This document shows positions 49,002-57,526 of a DNA stretch of 64,000 nucleotides, piece after piece. The position numbers were made by a program, and so were the translations under genes. Source of the DNA: a virus; the IMG/VR virus record IMGVR_UViG_3300030098_001779, positions 18,412 to 82,411 of that record; one strand, written 5' to 3'. The notes under the pieces were generated by a model, which saw only the letters and a list, made by a program, of their open reading frames with translations, searched no databases and was not told the origin of the DNA. How positions within the stretch are numbered: position 1 is the stretch's first letter; each line of letters opens with the position of its first letter.

Positions 49002-50265
49002 TAATATGTACTTAAATATACTTAAACAAAAGTATAAAGGTAAAAGAATTAAAAGTCCAAAAGGTGGATTAACAGCTGCTGGGCGTAAATATTTTAAAAG
49101 AAAAGAAGGTGCTAATCTCAAACCGGGTGTAAAAGGAAAAGCAAATACACCTGAAAAGAAAAGAAGGAAAGGTAGCTTTCTTACTAGATTCTATACTAAC
49201 CCTAGAGGTCCAATGAAGGATAAGAAAGGGCGACCAACAAGATTAGCTTTGGCAGCTAGAGCTTGGGGTGAAGCTGCACCTAGTACAAGACAACAAGCTC
49301 AAAAACTAGCAGCTAAAGGTAGAAGAATGTTGGATAGATATCAAGCATCTAAAAAAACTAAAAAAGCCATATTTAAAGAAGGTGGTGGAGCTGGTGGCGG
49401 CGGTGGAGCTGCTACTTCAGGAGGTTTTGGAAGTGGTGGTGGAACTGTATTCACATCTACTAACTCAGGTATTTTTACTCCTACTTATGGTGGCGGAGGC
49501 TATAAAAGAAGAAAGAATCATATTAGAGAGATAAAAAGAAAGAAGGATAAAAGAAGTGGTATAGAAAGATTATCTAGATTTCTTAGAGAATATACCCCTG
49601 AAAAGAAATCTATAAATGCTACAAAAGAACTAACAGAATTAATTAAATCTGTGACTAAATCACAATATCCTGCTGGTAGAGGGTATGGTGGTAATTTAGG
49701 CATGAAAGTTTTAGATTGGAAAAAACCTAATACAGATGAAGAACCTCCTAAAGTTTCTGAATTTAAAGGAAAAAAACAAGATGAAGATAATAATGATGCA
49801 GTTATTGAGCAGAATTATATGGAACAAAAGATCAAAAATTTAAAGGATGAATCTAGAAAAGAAGGTAGAGATCAAGCTACTGAAGATGAAGTTGTATCTG
49901 CTGCGAATCCGGGATTAGTTACGTTAAAATCTTATTCAAGTGGTGCAACAAGTAGTTTATCACCTACAATGAGAGAGACTAATCCATACAAACGTAGTGG
50001 AGATAAAGATAAAGTTGATGACAATCCAGAAATAGCGAAAGATAAATTAACAGATCTTATAGATAAATTTCTAGATATAGAAAAATATAGTGGTTATAGT
50101 GCCGCAACTACACAAACTACTCTACCAGAAAGAGAGATTCTAGAAGATAAAAAACAAGAGATACAAGTTTTAGATGATGACGATGTAGAGGATCAGGAAG
50201 TCCAACCTCCTAAAGGTCAGAAAAAAACTTATTCAACCGGAGACGGTGGTGGATATAGCATGTAA
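48973..50265 (+). CDS. Basic/acidic low-complexity protein with DUF6321-like N-terminus (likely start 48994); putative internal head protein
   Basis: K.PKGGLTAAGRKYFKRKEGANLKPGV...RRKGSFL.RF; Gly-rich segment; hydrophobic-x-K motifs. Confidence 0.6.
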   Translation: MIMRRNSMSDNMYLNILKQKYKGKRIKSPKGGLTAAGRKYFKRKEGANLKPGVKGKANTPEKKRRKGSFLTRFYTNPRGPMKDKKGRPTRLALAARAWGEAAPSTRQQAQKLAAKGRRMLDRYQASKKTKKAIFKEGGGAGGGGGAATSGGFGSGGGTVFTSTNSGIFTPTYGGGGYKRRKNHIREIKRKKDKRSGIERLSRFLREYTPEKKSINATKELTELIKSVTKSQYPAGRGYGGNLGMKVLDWKKPNTDEEPPKVSEFKGKKQDEDNNDAVIEQNYMEQKIKNLKDESRKEGRDQATEDEVVSAANPGLVTLKSYSSGATSSLSPTMRETNPYKRSGDKDKVDDNPEIAKDKLTDLIDKFLDIEKYSGYSAATTQTTLPEREILEDKKQEIQVLDDDDVEDQEVQPPKGQKKTYSTGDGGGYSM

Positions 50266-50459
50266 TGAATAAAGGTAGATTTATTTATACGCCAAAAGTC
50301 GGGGCGTTAGATAGTAAAGGTGACATACACTTTGACTACGAAATAGACGACAAACAAATAAAAGTTTATGCTACAAAGTATAATCTACAGACACATACAT
50401 TTACAAGAGTAGATGAACCTATTTTTGTAAAAGAGCTAAAGGGGGAGCAAGATGTCTAA
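50265..50459 (+). CDS. Hypothetical protein
   Basis: TAATG coupling to the upstream gene. Confidence 0.5.
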   Translation: MNKGRFIYTPKVGALDSKGDIHFDYEIDDKQIKVYATKYNLQTHTFTRVDEPIFVKELKGEQDV

Positions 50460-51597
50460 ACTTTTTAAATCAATACTATTACTAGCGATGCTACCACTCC
50501 TATTTTTAGGATGTAATAGTGTAGAGGAAACACAAGAATCAAAAATTGGAATGATTCTAGTAGGTCCAAAAAACGATAAGGGTTGGTCACAAGCCCACTA
50601 CGAAGGTGGTGAATATGCGGCATCTAAATTAGGTGGTGAGATGATCACAGTGGATATGGTAAATCCTGCTGACTCACCAGATTTAACAATACCTTCTATC
50701 GCTGAAGATATGATATCACAAGGTGCAACTATCATATTTGCAACATCAGATGATATGAAAGATGGTATATTAGAAGCTGCTGAGAAGTATCCAGACACTG
50801 ATTTCGTCTGGTCTACAGGTGATAGTGCTTTAGTCGTAGGTAGAGATTACCGAAGCGAATTAAAGAATGTATCTAATGTGATGGGTAAAATGGAATATGG
50901 ACAAATGATAGCAGGATGTGCTGCAGCAATTAAATCTAAAACTGGTAAGATAGGATTCTTAGGACCATTAGTCAATGATGAAACAAGAAGATTAGCAAAC
51001 GCTACTTACTTAGGAGCAAAGCATTGTGCCGAAGGAGACATAGAATTTGATATAACTTGGATTGGTTTCTGGTTTCACATACCGGGTATGACTTTAGATC
51101 CTACACAAGTAGTTAATGACTTCTATGATTCAGGTAAAGATGTTGTGATCTCACACATTGATACTACAGAAGCAGTGGTTGTTACTGGTCAAAGAGCAGA
51201 GAAAGGTGAGGATATTTGGGTAGTTCCTTATGACTATAAAGGAGCTTGTGAACAGGCACCTACAAGATGTTTGGGAGTAAACTACTTTAACTGGGGACCT
51301 GAATATTTAAGTCTAGCTCAAAAAAGTAGGGATGGAGAGTTTACTAATGAGTGGCTATGGATAGGTCCATATTGGAAAGACTTGGAGTCCTCTATGGTAG
51401 GATGGAACTATGGAGAAGGATTAGATGCTGTAGAAAAAGGTAGAGTATCTAACTTTATAGAACAACTAAAACTAGGATTAAATCTATTTACAGGACCACT
51501 TAACTTTGAAGATGGCTCAGTATACTTAGAAGATGGAGAGATTGCATCAGATATTGACATCTGGTACACTCCACAATTACTAGAAGGTATGAAATAG
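50452..51597 (+). CDS. BMP-family (PnrA/Med-like) ABC transporter substrate-binding lipoprotein
   Basis: Signal peptide with FLGC lipobox; VGP.ND.GWSQAH.EG; SKTGKIGFLG; NA..LGA; WIG.W; FNWGP.Y; F.GP. Confidence 0.85.
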   Translation: MSKLFKSILLLAMLPLLFLGCNSVEETQESKIGMILVGPKNDKGWSQAHYEGGEYAASKLGGEMITVDMVNPADSPDLTIPSIAEDMISQGATIIFATSDDMKDGILEAAEKYPDTDFVWSTGDSALVVGRDYRSELKNVSNVMGKMEYGQMIAGCAAAIKSKTGKIGFLGPLVNDETRRLANATYLGAKHCAEGDIEFDITWIGFWFHIPGMTLDPTQVVNDFYDSGKDVVISHIDTTEAVVVTGQRAEKGEDIWVVPYDYKGACEQAPTRCLGVNYFNWGPEYLSLAQKSRDGEFTNEWLWIGPYWKDLESSMVGWNYGEGLDAVEKGRVSNFIEQLKLGLNLFTGPLNFEDGSVYLEDGEIASDIDIWYTPQLLEGMK

Positions 51598-51599
51598 AC

Positions 51600-51629
51600 T
51601 TGACACAGCTAGGTCAAATATGATAAAAT
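51600..51629 (+). promoter_or_regulatory. Sigma70-type promoter TTGACA-N18-TAAAAT with TTGAC-N8-GTCAA palindrome
   Basis: ttgacacagctaggtcaaatatgataaaat. Confidence 0.75.
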
Positions 51630-51937
51630 ATAATAAGAACACTGGAAATGTGTGTGATAAATGCAACGGATTCATGCGTTTTGATGAAGATAATGATTTG
51701 AAATGCATGAATTGCGGAAGAACAATTATTTTAAGGAAAGCAAGGAGCAAACATGTGGAACAAAGGCGAAACAAAAATTCCAACTCAAGCACAGAACGAG
51801 TTGATAAAACGGAGACAAGCGGGAGCAACGTGGACAAGTCTATCGGAGTGGCTAAAAGCGACATACGGGATAGATATACACCGAACCAACATTCAAAGAT
51901 GGTACGACAAAGAGGTTTATTTAGATCAAGAAAATGA
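51620..51937 (+). CDS. Zinc-ribbon protein overlapping the next gene (true start probably near 51650, after the promoter)
   Basis: CDKC...CMNCG. Confidence 0.5.
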   Translation: MIKYNKNTGNVCDKCNGFMRFDEDNDLKCMNCGRTIILRKARSKHVEQRRNKNSNSSTERVDKTETSGSNVDKSIGVAKSDIRDRYTPNQHSKMVRQRGLFRSRK

Positions 51938-53123
51938 AATGATTGATCCTGATTTAGATCCTAACTACCACGTTAAGATGGGTAAAAAAGCTGAGACTTA
52001 TAAAGCAGAAGCTAAATATTTTAAGAAACTATATGAGACTACAATTAAAGATCAAGCTAAACAAGAGATCTTTGAAGAGTCTATAATGAAGTTAGCACCT
52101 GCATTTAGTAAAGCAAAAAAAGTTAAAATCCGAAAGCCTTCAGGTAAAAGAACTGGTGACAGTGTTCAAAGTATGATTGCTCCTTTAACTGACACCCATG
52201 TTGGAGATAGAGTTGAAAGTGATCAGATGTCAGGTTTGAATCACTACAATATTGATATCTTCAACAGAAGGCTTTATGGATGGGCGAATCAAGTATTAAG
52301 TTTAGCTGAAATGAGAAGAAATACTTCTGAGGTAGGCGAACTTGTAGTTCCAATGCTAGGTGATATGATCAGTGGAGACATACACGAAGAACTAGCTAGG
52401 ACAAATGTAGATAACTGCATGGGACAAATGATCAGAGGAGCTAATCTTATTGCTCAATCATTAATGTTCCTTGCTCCACACTTTGATAAAGTAAGAGTAC
52501 CATGTGTTGTAGGTAACCATGGAAGAATGACTAGGAAACCCCCGATGAAAGATAAGCATCAAGATTGGGATTACATGTTGTATCAATGGATTGCTGCATT
52601 TTGCAGGAACCAAAAGAACATAGAGTTCCATATTCCAAAGACATTCTCTACTACTATTGAAGTTGCTAACAGGCAAATACTACTAACACATGGAGACTTC
52701 ATTAATGGAGCAGGTAGTGGTACTGCTATAACAAAAGGTATACTAAACATGAGGAATGTTCTTCAATTTAGAAGAGGATTAGAGGATGAGATTAGGAATC
52801 TTGATATGACAGAAGGTATAAGCCTTCTAGATGAATCAGGAATGTCTACATACTTTGACTCAGTTTTGATGGGACACTTCCATAGGATAGATGAAATCGA
52901 TATCGGAACAGGTAACATACATATATGTGGTTGCATGAAGGGTGGAGATGAGTTTGCAATGCAGAGAGTACAGGCAATTAATAAGCCAAGACAGCTAGTA
53001 TTGTATTACCACCCAAAATATGGGGAAATTGGGAAAGAAATCATCTATTTAAACAGATATGATGGGGTAAATAGTGAATTTAATGACATTTTACCGGAAG
53101 TTTGGAGCCAAAACTTAGTATAA
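51753..53123 (+). CDS. Calcineurin-like metallophosphoesterase with N-terminal HTH
   Basis: DTHVG, GDMISG, GNHGR, THGD, GHFH; N-terminal ATWTSLSEWL...IHRTNIQRW. Confidence 0.85.
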   Translation: MWNKGETKIPTQAQNELIKRRQAGATWTSLSEWLKATYGIDIHRTNIQRWYDKEVYLDQENEMIDPDLDPNYHVKMGKKAETYKAEAKYFKKLYETTIKDQAKQEIFEESIMKLAPAFSKAKKVKIRKPSGKRTGDSVQSMIAPLTDTHVGDRVESDQMSGLNHYNIDIFNRRLYGWANQVLSLAEMRRNTSEVGELVVPMLGDMISGDIHEELARTNVDNCMGQMIRGANLIAQSLMFLAPHFDKVRVPCVVGNHGRMTRKPPMKDKHQDWDYMLYQWIAAFCRNQKNIEFHIPKTFSTTIEVANRQILLTHGDFINGAGSGTAITKGILNMRNVLQFRRGLEDEIRNLDMTEGISLLDESGMSTYFDSVLMGHFHRIDEIDIGTGNIHICGCMKGGDEFAMQRVQAINKPRQLVLYYHPKYGEIGKEIIYLNRYDGVNSEFNDILPEVWSQNLV

Positions 53124-53124
53124 T
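53095..53124 (+). promoter_or_regulatory. Putative late promoter CGGAA-N17-AGTATAAT
   Basis: Upstream of the membrane-gene cluster. Confidence 0.45.
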
Positions 53125-53267
53125 AATATAGAGAATCTACATTTATTAAAGGAGATTAAATGAAGATATGTCAAAAATTAATATTATAAAAATAGCATTT
53201 TTTATATCTATAGTATTATCTATTATGCTAGTTGTAGGAGAATACACTAGCTAGGGGGAAGAATAAG

Positions 53268-54626
53268 ATGAAAATTAGAATACCAAAGCCAAAGATCAAA
53301 TTACCTAGCTTTAGATTGCCAAAACCTAAAGTAAAAGTACCGAGTGTTGTACAAAAAACAGCAAGTGCGACACTAATGACGTTTACTTTCTTGGCAATAC
53401 TGTTAGGAGTAACAGGAATAACACTAACTACAGTTAATCCTGTGAATTTATGGTGGGATATCGCACCAATACAGATAGCATACTTTAATTATGTTATCAC
53501 ATATACTGCAGTAATGAATTACTTAGAGTTCTTGCAGACATGGTATTGGTATTCTGTAGGTATATCAACAGGACTTGTAGTCGCAGGACTAGCTGTACAT
53601 ATTAGAAGTTTAAAACAACTATTTAATATACTAAAAGCTACTCCTATGGCTATATTAAAGTCACCCCTTTACATTTATCAAGATGTAAAAGCGTTTAGAG
53701 ATTGGCTATTTAACAAAATAGAATATTTAAATGGAGAATCAGCTAAGTGGAGAAGGTTCTTCAAAGTAATGAAGTCACCATATTCTCTGTTAAGAGGTAT
53801 GGGATTAAATCCACAAATGGCGGTTGGTCTATTAGTCGCAGGTGGTACAGCTACAACAGCAGTTGCAGTAAATGAGATCGTAGTAGAAAGAAGTTTTGCT
53901 AACGGATCACCGGGTATTTACGCAGCTCCATCTGAATATCCAAGCGAAACATTAGAGAAAGAAATGGCGTGGAGAAAAGATAATCCAGACGACAACACGT
54001 TAAGGATTGTACTTGGAACTACACCAGTAGAAGAAATAAACATCTCTAACGTATCAATTGGTACTGCATATACAGGTTCAACATTACCATCAGGTAAAGC
54101 TGAAGCCATTTTGATTGAGGGGAAAGCAGGAACAACAGCAAGACTAGAGATAGGACAGCTATTGTTTGAAAGAAATACATGTAAGACATTAACATTATCA
54201 GATGTAAATGCCCACAAGATCATAGTTAAAGAAAATATTGCTGATGGATTAAGTATATCACAGACTCTTACAAGTACATTAAGAAACTTAAGAGTATCAG
54301 GTGGTAACTTTATGGCAGATCTACTACAGACTGAAGGTGGTACTTATGACCGAATTTGGTTGGACACTGGTAGTTTAACAAATACTAACGCTAAGATTAA
54401 CAAGTTAGTTCTAAGTAACATAGTATCATCAGGTGGTACATGTGTAATTAGACAAGCTGATATCGGTGAGTTAACAATTCAATTCTCACAGATTGGACAT
54501 GACAGTAACTTAGCAACAAAGGAATTTACTATACAATCTAGCACACTAGCTAGCATATGGGAAGTTAACAATAACTATGAAGTATTGTTATCAGAACCTA
54601 GCCCACCGGGAGGCGTTAGCCCATAG
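53268..54626 (+). CDS. Membrane protein with extracellular beta-rich domain
   Basis: Several hydrophobic segments in the N-terminal half; beta-strand-rich C-terminal half. Confidence 0.6.
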   Translation: MKIRIPKPKIKLPSFRLPKPKVKVPSVVQKTASATLMTFTFLAILLGVTGITLTTVNPVNLWWDIAPIQIAYFNYVITYTAVMNYLEFLQTWYWYSVGISTGLVVAGLAVHIRSLKQLFNILKATPMAILKSPLYIYQDVKAFRDWLFNKIEYLNGESAKWRRFFKVMKSPYSLLRGMGLNPQMAVGLLVAGGTATTAVAVNEIVVERSFANGSPGIYAAPSEYPSETLEKEMAWRKDNPDDNTLRIVLGTTPVEEINISNVSIGTAYTGSTLPSGKAEAILIEGKAGTTARLEIGQLLFERNTCKTLTLSDVNAHKIIVKENIADGLSISQTLTSTLRNLRVSGGNFMADLLQTEGGTYDRIWLDTGSLTNTNAKINKLVLSNIVSSGGTCVIRQADIGELTIQFSQIGHDSNLATKEFTIQSSTLASIWEVNNNYEVLLSEPSPPGGVSP

Positions 54627-54632
54627 AAAACA

Positions 54633-54869
54633 ATGGATATAAAAGTAGGTAAAAACAAATATCAAGTAACTTTACCCATTGTTTTGACTTTTGGTGCTAT
54701 AATTGTGTCGGCAATAAGTTGGTTTACTATGCTTCAAGTTAACATAGCAACCATGCAATCTGAGATAGATAACTTAAATGTTATTATATTAAATCAAGAA
54801 GATAAAGTCCAAGCGTGTTTAGATGTAGTAGATGATTATTACGAATTAAAACGCAGGATTGAAAATTAA
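54633..54869 (+). CDS. Small TM + coiled-coil protein
   Basis: One hydrophobic segment, then heptads. Confidence 0.55.
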   Translation: MDIKVGKNKYQVTLPIVLTFGAIIVSAISWFTMLQVNIATMQSEIDNLNVIILNQEDKVQACLDVVDDYYELKRRIEN

Positions 54870-54890
54870 CAAAACGGAGGAACTTAACTA

Positions 54891-55043
54891 ATGATGGGAA
54901 AACTTAGACCACAAATTTTTCTAGCCATTATAGTGTTAGGTATACTTAGTGCAGTGGGGGTATGGCAAGGCTACACGGAGATCGCCACAGGTTGCACAGG
55001 TGGAATTATAGCACTAGGTATGAAAGTATTAGAATCAGAATAG
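54891..55043 (+). CDS. Two-TM holin-like protein (not in the ORF track)
   Basis: MMGKLRPQIFLAIIVLGILSAVGVWQGYTEIATGCTGGIIALGMKVLESE; GGAGG RBS. Confidence 0.6.
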   Translation: MMGKLRPQIFLAIIVLGILSAVGVWQGYTEIATGCTGGIIALGMKVLESE

Positions 55044-55056
55044 AAAGGAGATTCGC

Positions 55057-55230
55057 ATGACAAGTAAAGATATAGCAAAAGGAATAGTAAAGAGTTTACC
55101 AGCATTAGGGGCACTTGCATTTGGTGTAGGAGCAACTATGGCTGTATTCAAAAGAGATGCACTAGAGGATAAAGTGTATGATAAATTAACTGCTAGACAA
55201 ATCATAAAAGAAGATATACCTTTACAGTGA
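55057..55230 (+). CDS. Small membrane protein (not in the ORF track)
   Basis: MTSKDIAKGIVKSLPALGALAFGVGATMAVFKRDALEDKVYDKLTARQIIKEDIPLQ; AAGGAG RBS. Confidence 0.6.
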   Translation: MTSKDIAKGIVKSLPALGALAFGVGATMAVFKRDALEDKVYDKLTARQIIKEDIPLQ

Positions 55231-55481
55231 TACGCTTTTATTATCTAGCATTTTTCTTATTTCTATTAATCGCAATTTCAGTAGGCTGGGACGAAAATAA
55301 CGTAAAGTCTGATCTAGAATCTATTAATCAAAACATGGATAAACTAGAGGCAAAAATCGAAAAACTTAGGAAAGATCTACAATCAGAGGGTATATTACCT
55401 TATGACGAAGAAGAAGATTATTGGAAATTATACAATGAGTCTGAAAATCCCTGCATAGAAAGCGTTAAGAAATGTATATAA
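55227..55481 (+). CDS. TM + coiled-coil protein
   Basis: N-terminal hydrophobic helix; GTGA overlap. Confidence 0.55.
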   Translation: MIRFYYLAFFLFLLIAISVGWDENNVKSDLESINQNMDKLEAKIEKLRKDLQSEGILPYDEEEDYWKLYNESENPCIESVKKCI

Positions 55482-55519
55482 AATAGAAAAATTTACCATA
55501 AAAAGAGGTATAATAATTC

Positions 55520-56134
55520 ATGGAAGACGAAATTCTAGAGATAGTTCAAGAACTGGGAGAAGAAGTATTTGAAGAATCTCAAAGACTATGCCCAGAAGGT
55601 TCTGGTTGGCTAAAACGTAGTGGTCAATTAATACCTAATATGGGCGGCTTTGAAATTATATATGAAGCTCCTCATGCTAGATTAATACATGATGGTAAAG
55701 AGCAAGAAGATCAGTATTATGAAATGAAAGTAAAAGAATTTCAAAGAAGAAATAGAAATAGAAAAGGAGCTTTATCTTTCGTAATAGATACGAAAGGAAT
55801 ACAGACAGGTAATCCTGAAAGGCAAAAGCCTAGACAAGGAACATATAGTGATCTAAAGTCACTTTTAAATATAAAGAAACAATCTAATACACATAAAGTA
55901 AAAGCACATACAAAGAAATACTTTGGGCGTAGACCAAGATTAAATACGGAAACTGGTAAGTGGAGCATTGTAAACACTACAGCAAAAGCTCCCGAACCTT
56001 TTATTGATGATGCTTATAGCAAAGTAATAAGAAGAAAAAAGTATAGAGATATTAGTAGAGACTTAGGAATCACCTTTCCAAAGAAGTTGGGAAGGGGAAG
56101 ACAGGAGATTCTAAGAAGATTTTTATCGATTTAA
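55520..56134 (+). CDS. HK97 gp10-like neck / tail-completion protein
   Basis: SQ.LCP..SG.LKRSG...I.Y.APHA..IHDG...PF...A. Confidence 0.6.
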   Translation: MEDEILEIVQELGEEVFEESQRLCPEGSGWLKRSGQLIPNMGGFEIIYEAPHARLIHDGKEQEDQYYEMKVKEFQRRNRNRKGALSFVIDTKGIQTGNPERQKPRQGTYSDLKSLLNIKKQSNTHKVKAHTKKYFGRRPRLNTETGKWSIVNTTAKAPEPFIDDAYSKVIRRKKYRDISRDLGITFPKKLGRGRQEILRRFLSI

Positions 56135-56145
56135 AGGAGGCTAAA

Positions 56146-56361
56146 ATGGTAGACGTAAGTAAAGTTACAGCTGAACAAGAATACATTATTGCCAGACATT
56201 CTAGGATGATTGGTAAAGTATTAGATTTAGTTGAAGCATCTATGCCAGAGGGAAACCAACTCGAAAAGCTAAAGAAACTAATTCAAGTTCCACTATATGA
56301 CTACAGGAATGAGATGTTGAAGATGGCTAATGGTGAACTCGTAGAAGATTCAAATGAATAA
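56146..56361 (+). CDS. Hypothetical protein
   Basis: AGGAGG RBS. Confidence 0.6.
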   Translation: MVDVSKVTAEQEYIIARHSRMIGKVLDLVEASMPEGNQLEKLKKLIQVPLYDYRNEMLKMANGELVEDSNE

Positions 56362-56395
56362 ATTATAAATTATTTTATAATATTCGTAATATTTA

Positions 56396-56425
56396 TGTAA
56401 AAAATGCCTTTATTTATAGTATAAT
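56396..56425 (+). promoter_or_regulatory. Putative late promoter TGTAA-N17-AGTATAAT for the scaffold/capsid operon
   Basis: Motif in an AT-rich intergenic region. Confidence 0.5.
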
Positions 56426-56570
56426 ATTACAGGATAGGCGAATAGTGCCTATTTTTATATTATAATTCTATAGAGGTCGGGGGTGGCTAAGACCAACCTT
56501 GAGAATTAATAAACTTTTAACTTAATTTTTAGTCTGGAATGAGACTGGAAAGGACATAGGAGGTCGAAAG

Positions 56571-57488
56571 ATGTCAGAAGAATTCACAAATTTAGAGAAT
56601 CACATGCAAGGTACTAACCTAGCATTATCTGCAGTAGCAGAAGTTCTCGCTAAAATGGACGAAAGACTCACAAAAGAAGAAGAAGACGACAGAATGGAAG
56701 AAGAAGAGAAGGCTTTAGAAGCTGAAAAATCAGAATTAGTAAAAGCAGTCGCATCTGAAGTGGTATCAATGATCAAAGCCGAAGGCGGAGAGAACCCACT
56801 AGGAATGGATGTTGACGGAGCTAAAGAAAGGAAAGCTAAAACAATAACGCAACCTCAATTTGATGATGCTCAAAATGCAGCTAACCCGACTACTAACATC
56901 GAAGATCAACAAGCTACAATACAGGCTGCTGATATGGAAGATGACGATGACAAAGAGAAAGCTATGACTAGAGCTATGCGAAAAGATCATGTACCGGGAC
57001 ACGACTCGGATGATGACAAAGAGAAAGCTATGAAAGAAAAAGCTATGAAAGCTGCTGGTATGACCAGAAAAGCTGATGAAGATGACGATGACAACGGGTC
57101 TGATGAAAAACCTGTTGACAAAGTTTCTATGAAAGCAGATGAAGATGACGAAGATGATGACGGAATGAAGGCAATGAGAAAAGAACTCGATGCTTTGAGA
57201 AAAACTGTTGCAGCTTACGAAGCTAACATGGAGAAAGCCGTTGAAGAACAGTCTGAAGCAAGACTGCGAAAGATGGGCTTTAGAGAAGAGAATGGTTTAC
57301 AAAGACCAGCTCTACTTAACCAAGACGCGTTAGGAACAGATGGAACTACTCCAATTGTAAAAGGTAACGCAACAAGTGGTGATGTGGTAGAAGACCTAAG
57401 TGGTTTGTCTTACAAACAACTAAGGGACTTACAACACAAGATAGATCAAGGTGACACTTCAGGTGTGCCAAGAGAACTACTTGGATAA
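56571..57488 (+). CDS. Capsid scaffolding protein
   Basis: Acidic, helical, directly upstream of the major capsid gene; many x-x-KA sites. Confidence 0.7.
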   Translation: MSEEFTNLENHMQGTNLALSAVAEVLAKMDERLTKEEEDDRMEEEEKALEAEKSELVKAVASEVVSMIKAEGGENPLGMDVDGAKERKAKTITQPQFDDAQNAANPTTNIEDQQATIQAADMEDDDDKEKAMTRAMRKDHVPGHDSDDDKEKAMKEKAMKAAGMTRKADEDDDDNGSDEKPVDKVSMKADEDDEDDDGMKAMRKELDALRKTVAAYEANMEKAVEEQSEARLRKMGFREENGLQRPALLNQDALGTDGTTPIVKGNATSGDVVEDLSGLSYKQLRDLQHKIDQGDTSGVPRELLG

Positions 57489-57526
57489 TAATAAATAATT
57501 TTTGAAAGAACGAGGAGAAATTAATT

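Noticed and set aside
56935-57165. GATGACGATGACAAAGAGAAAGCTATG-type DNA repeats
   Set aside because: They encode DDDKEKAM repeats in the scaffold protein; not a non-coding array
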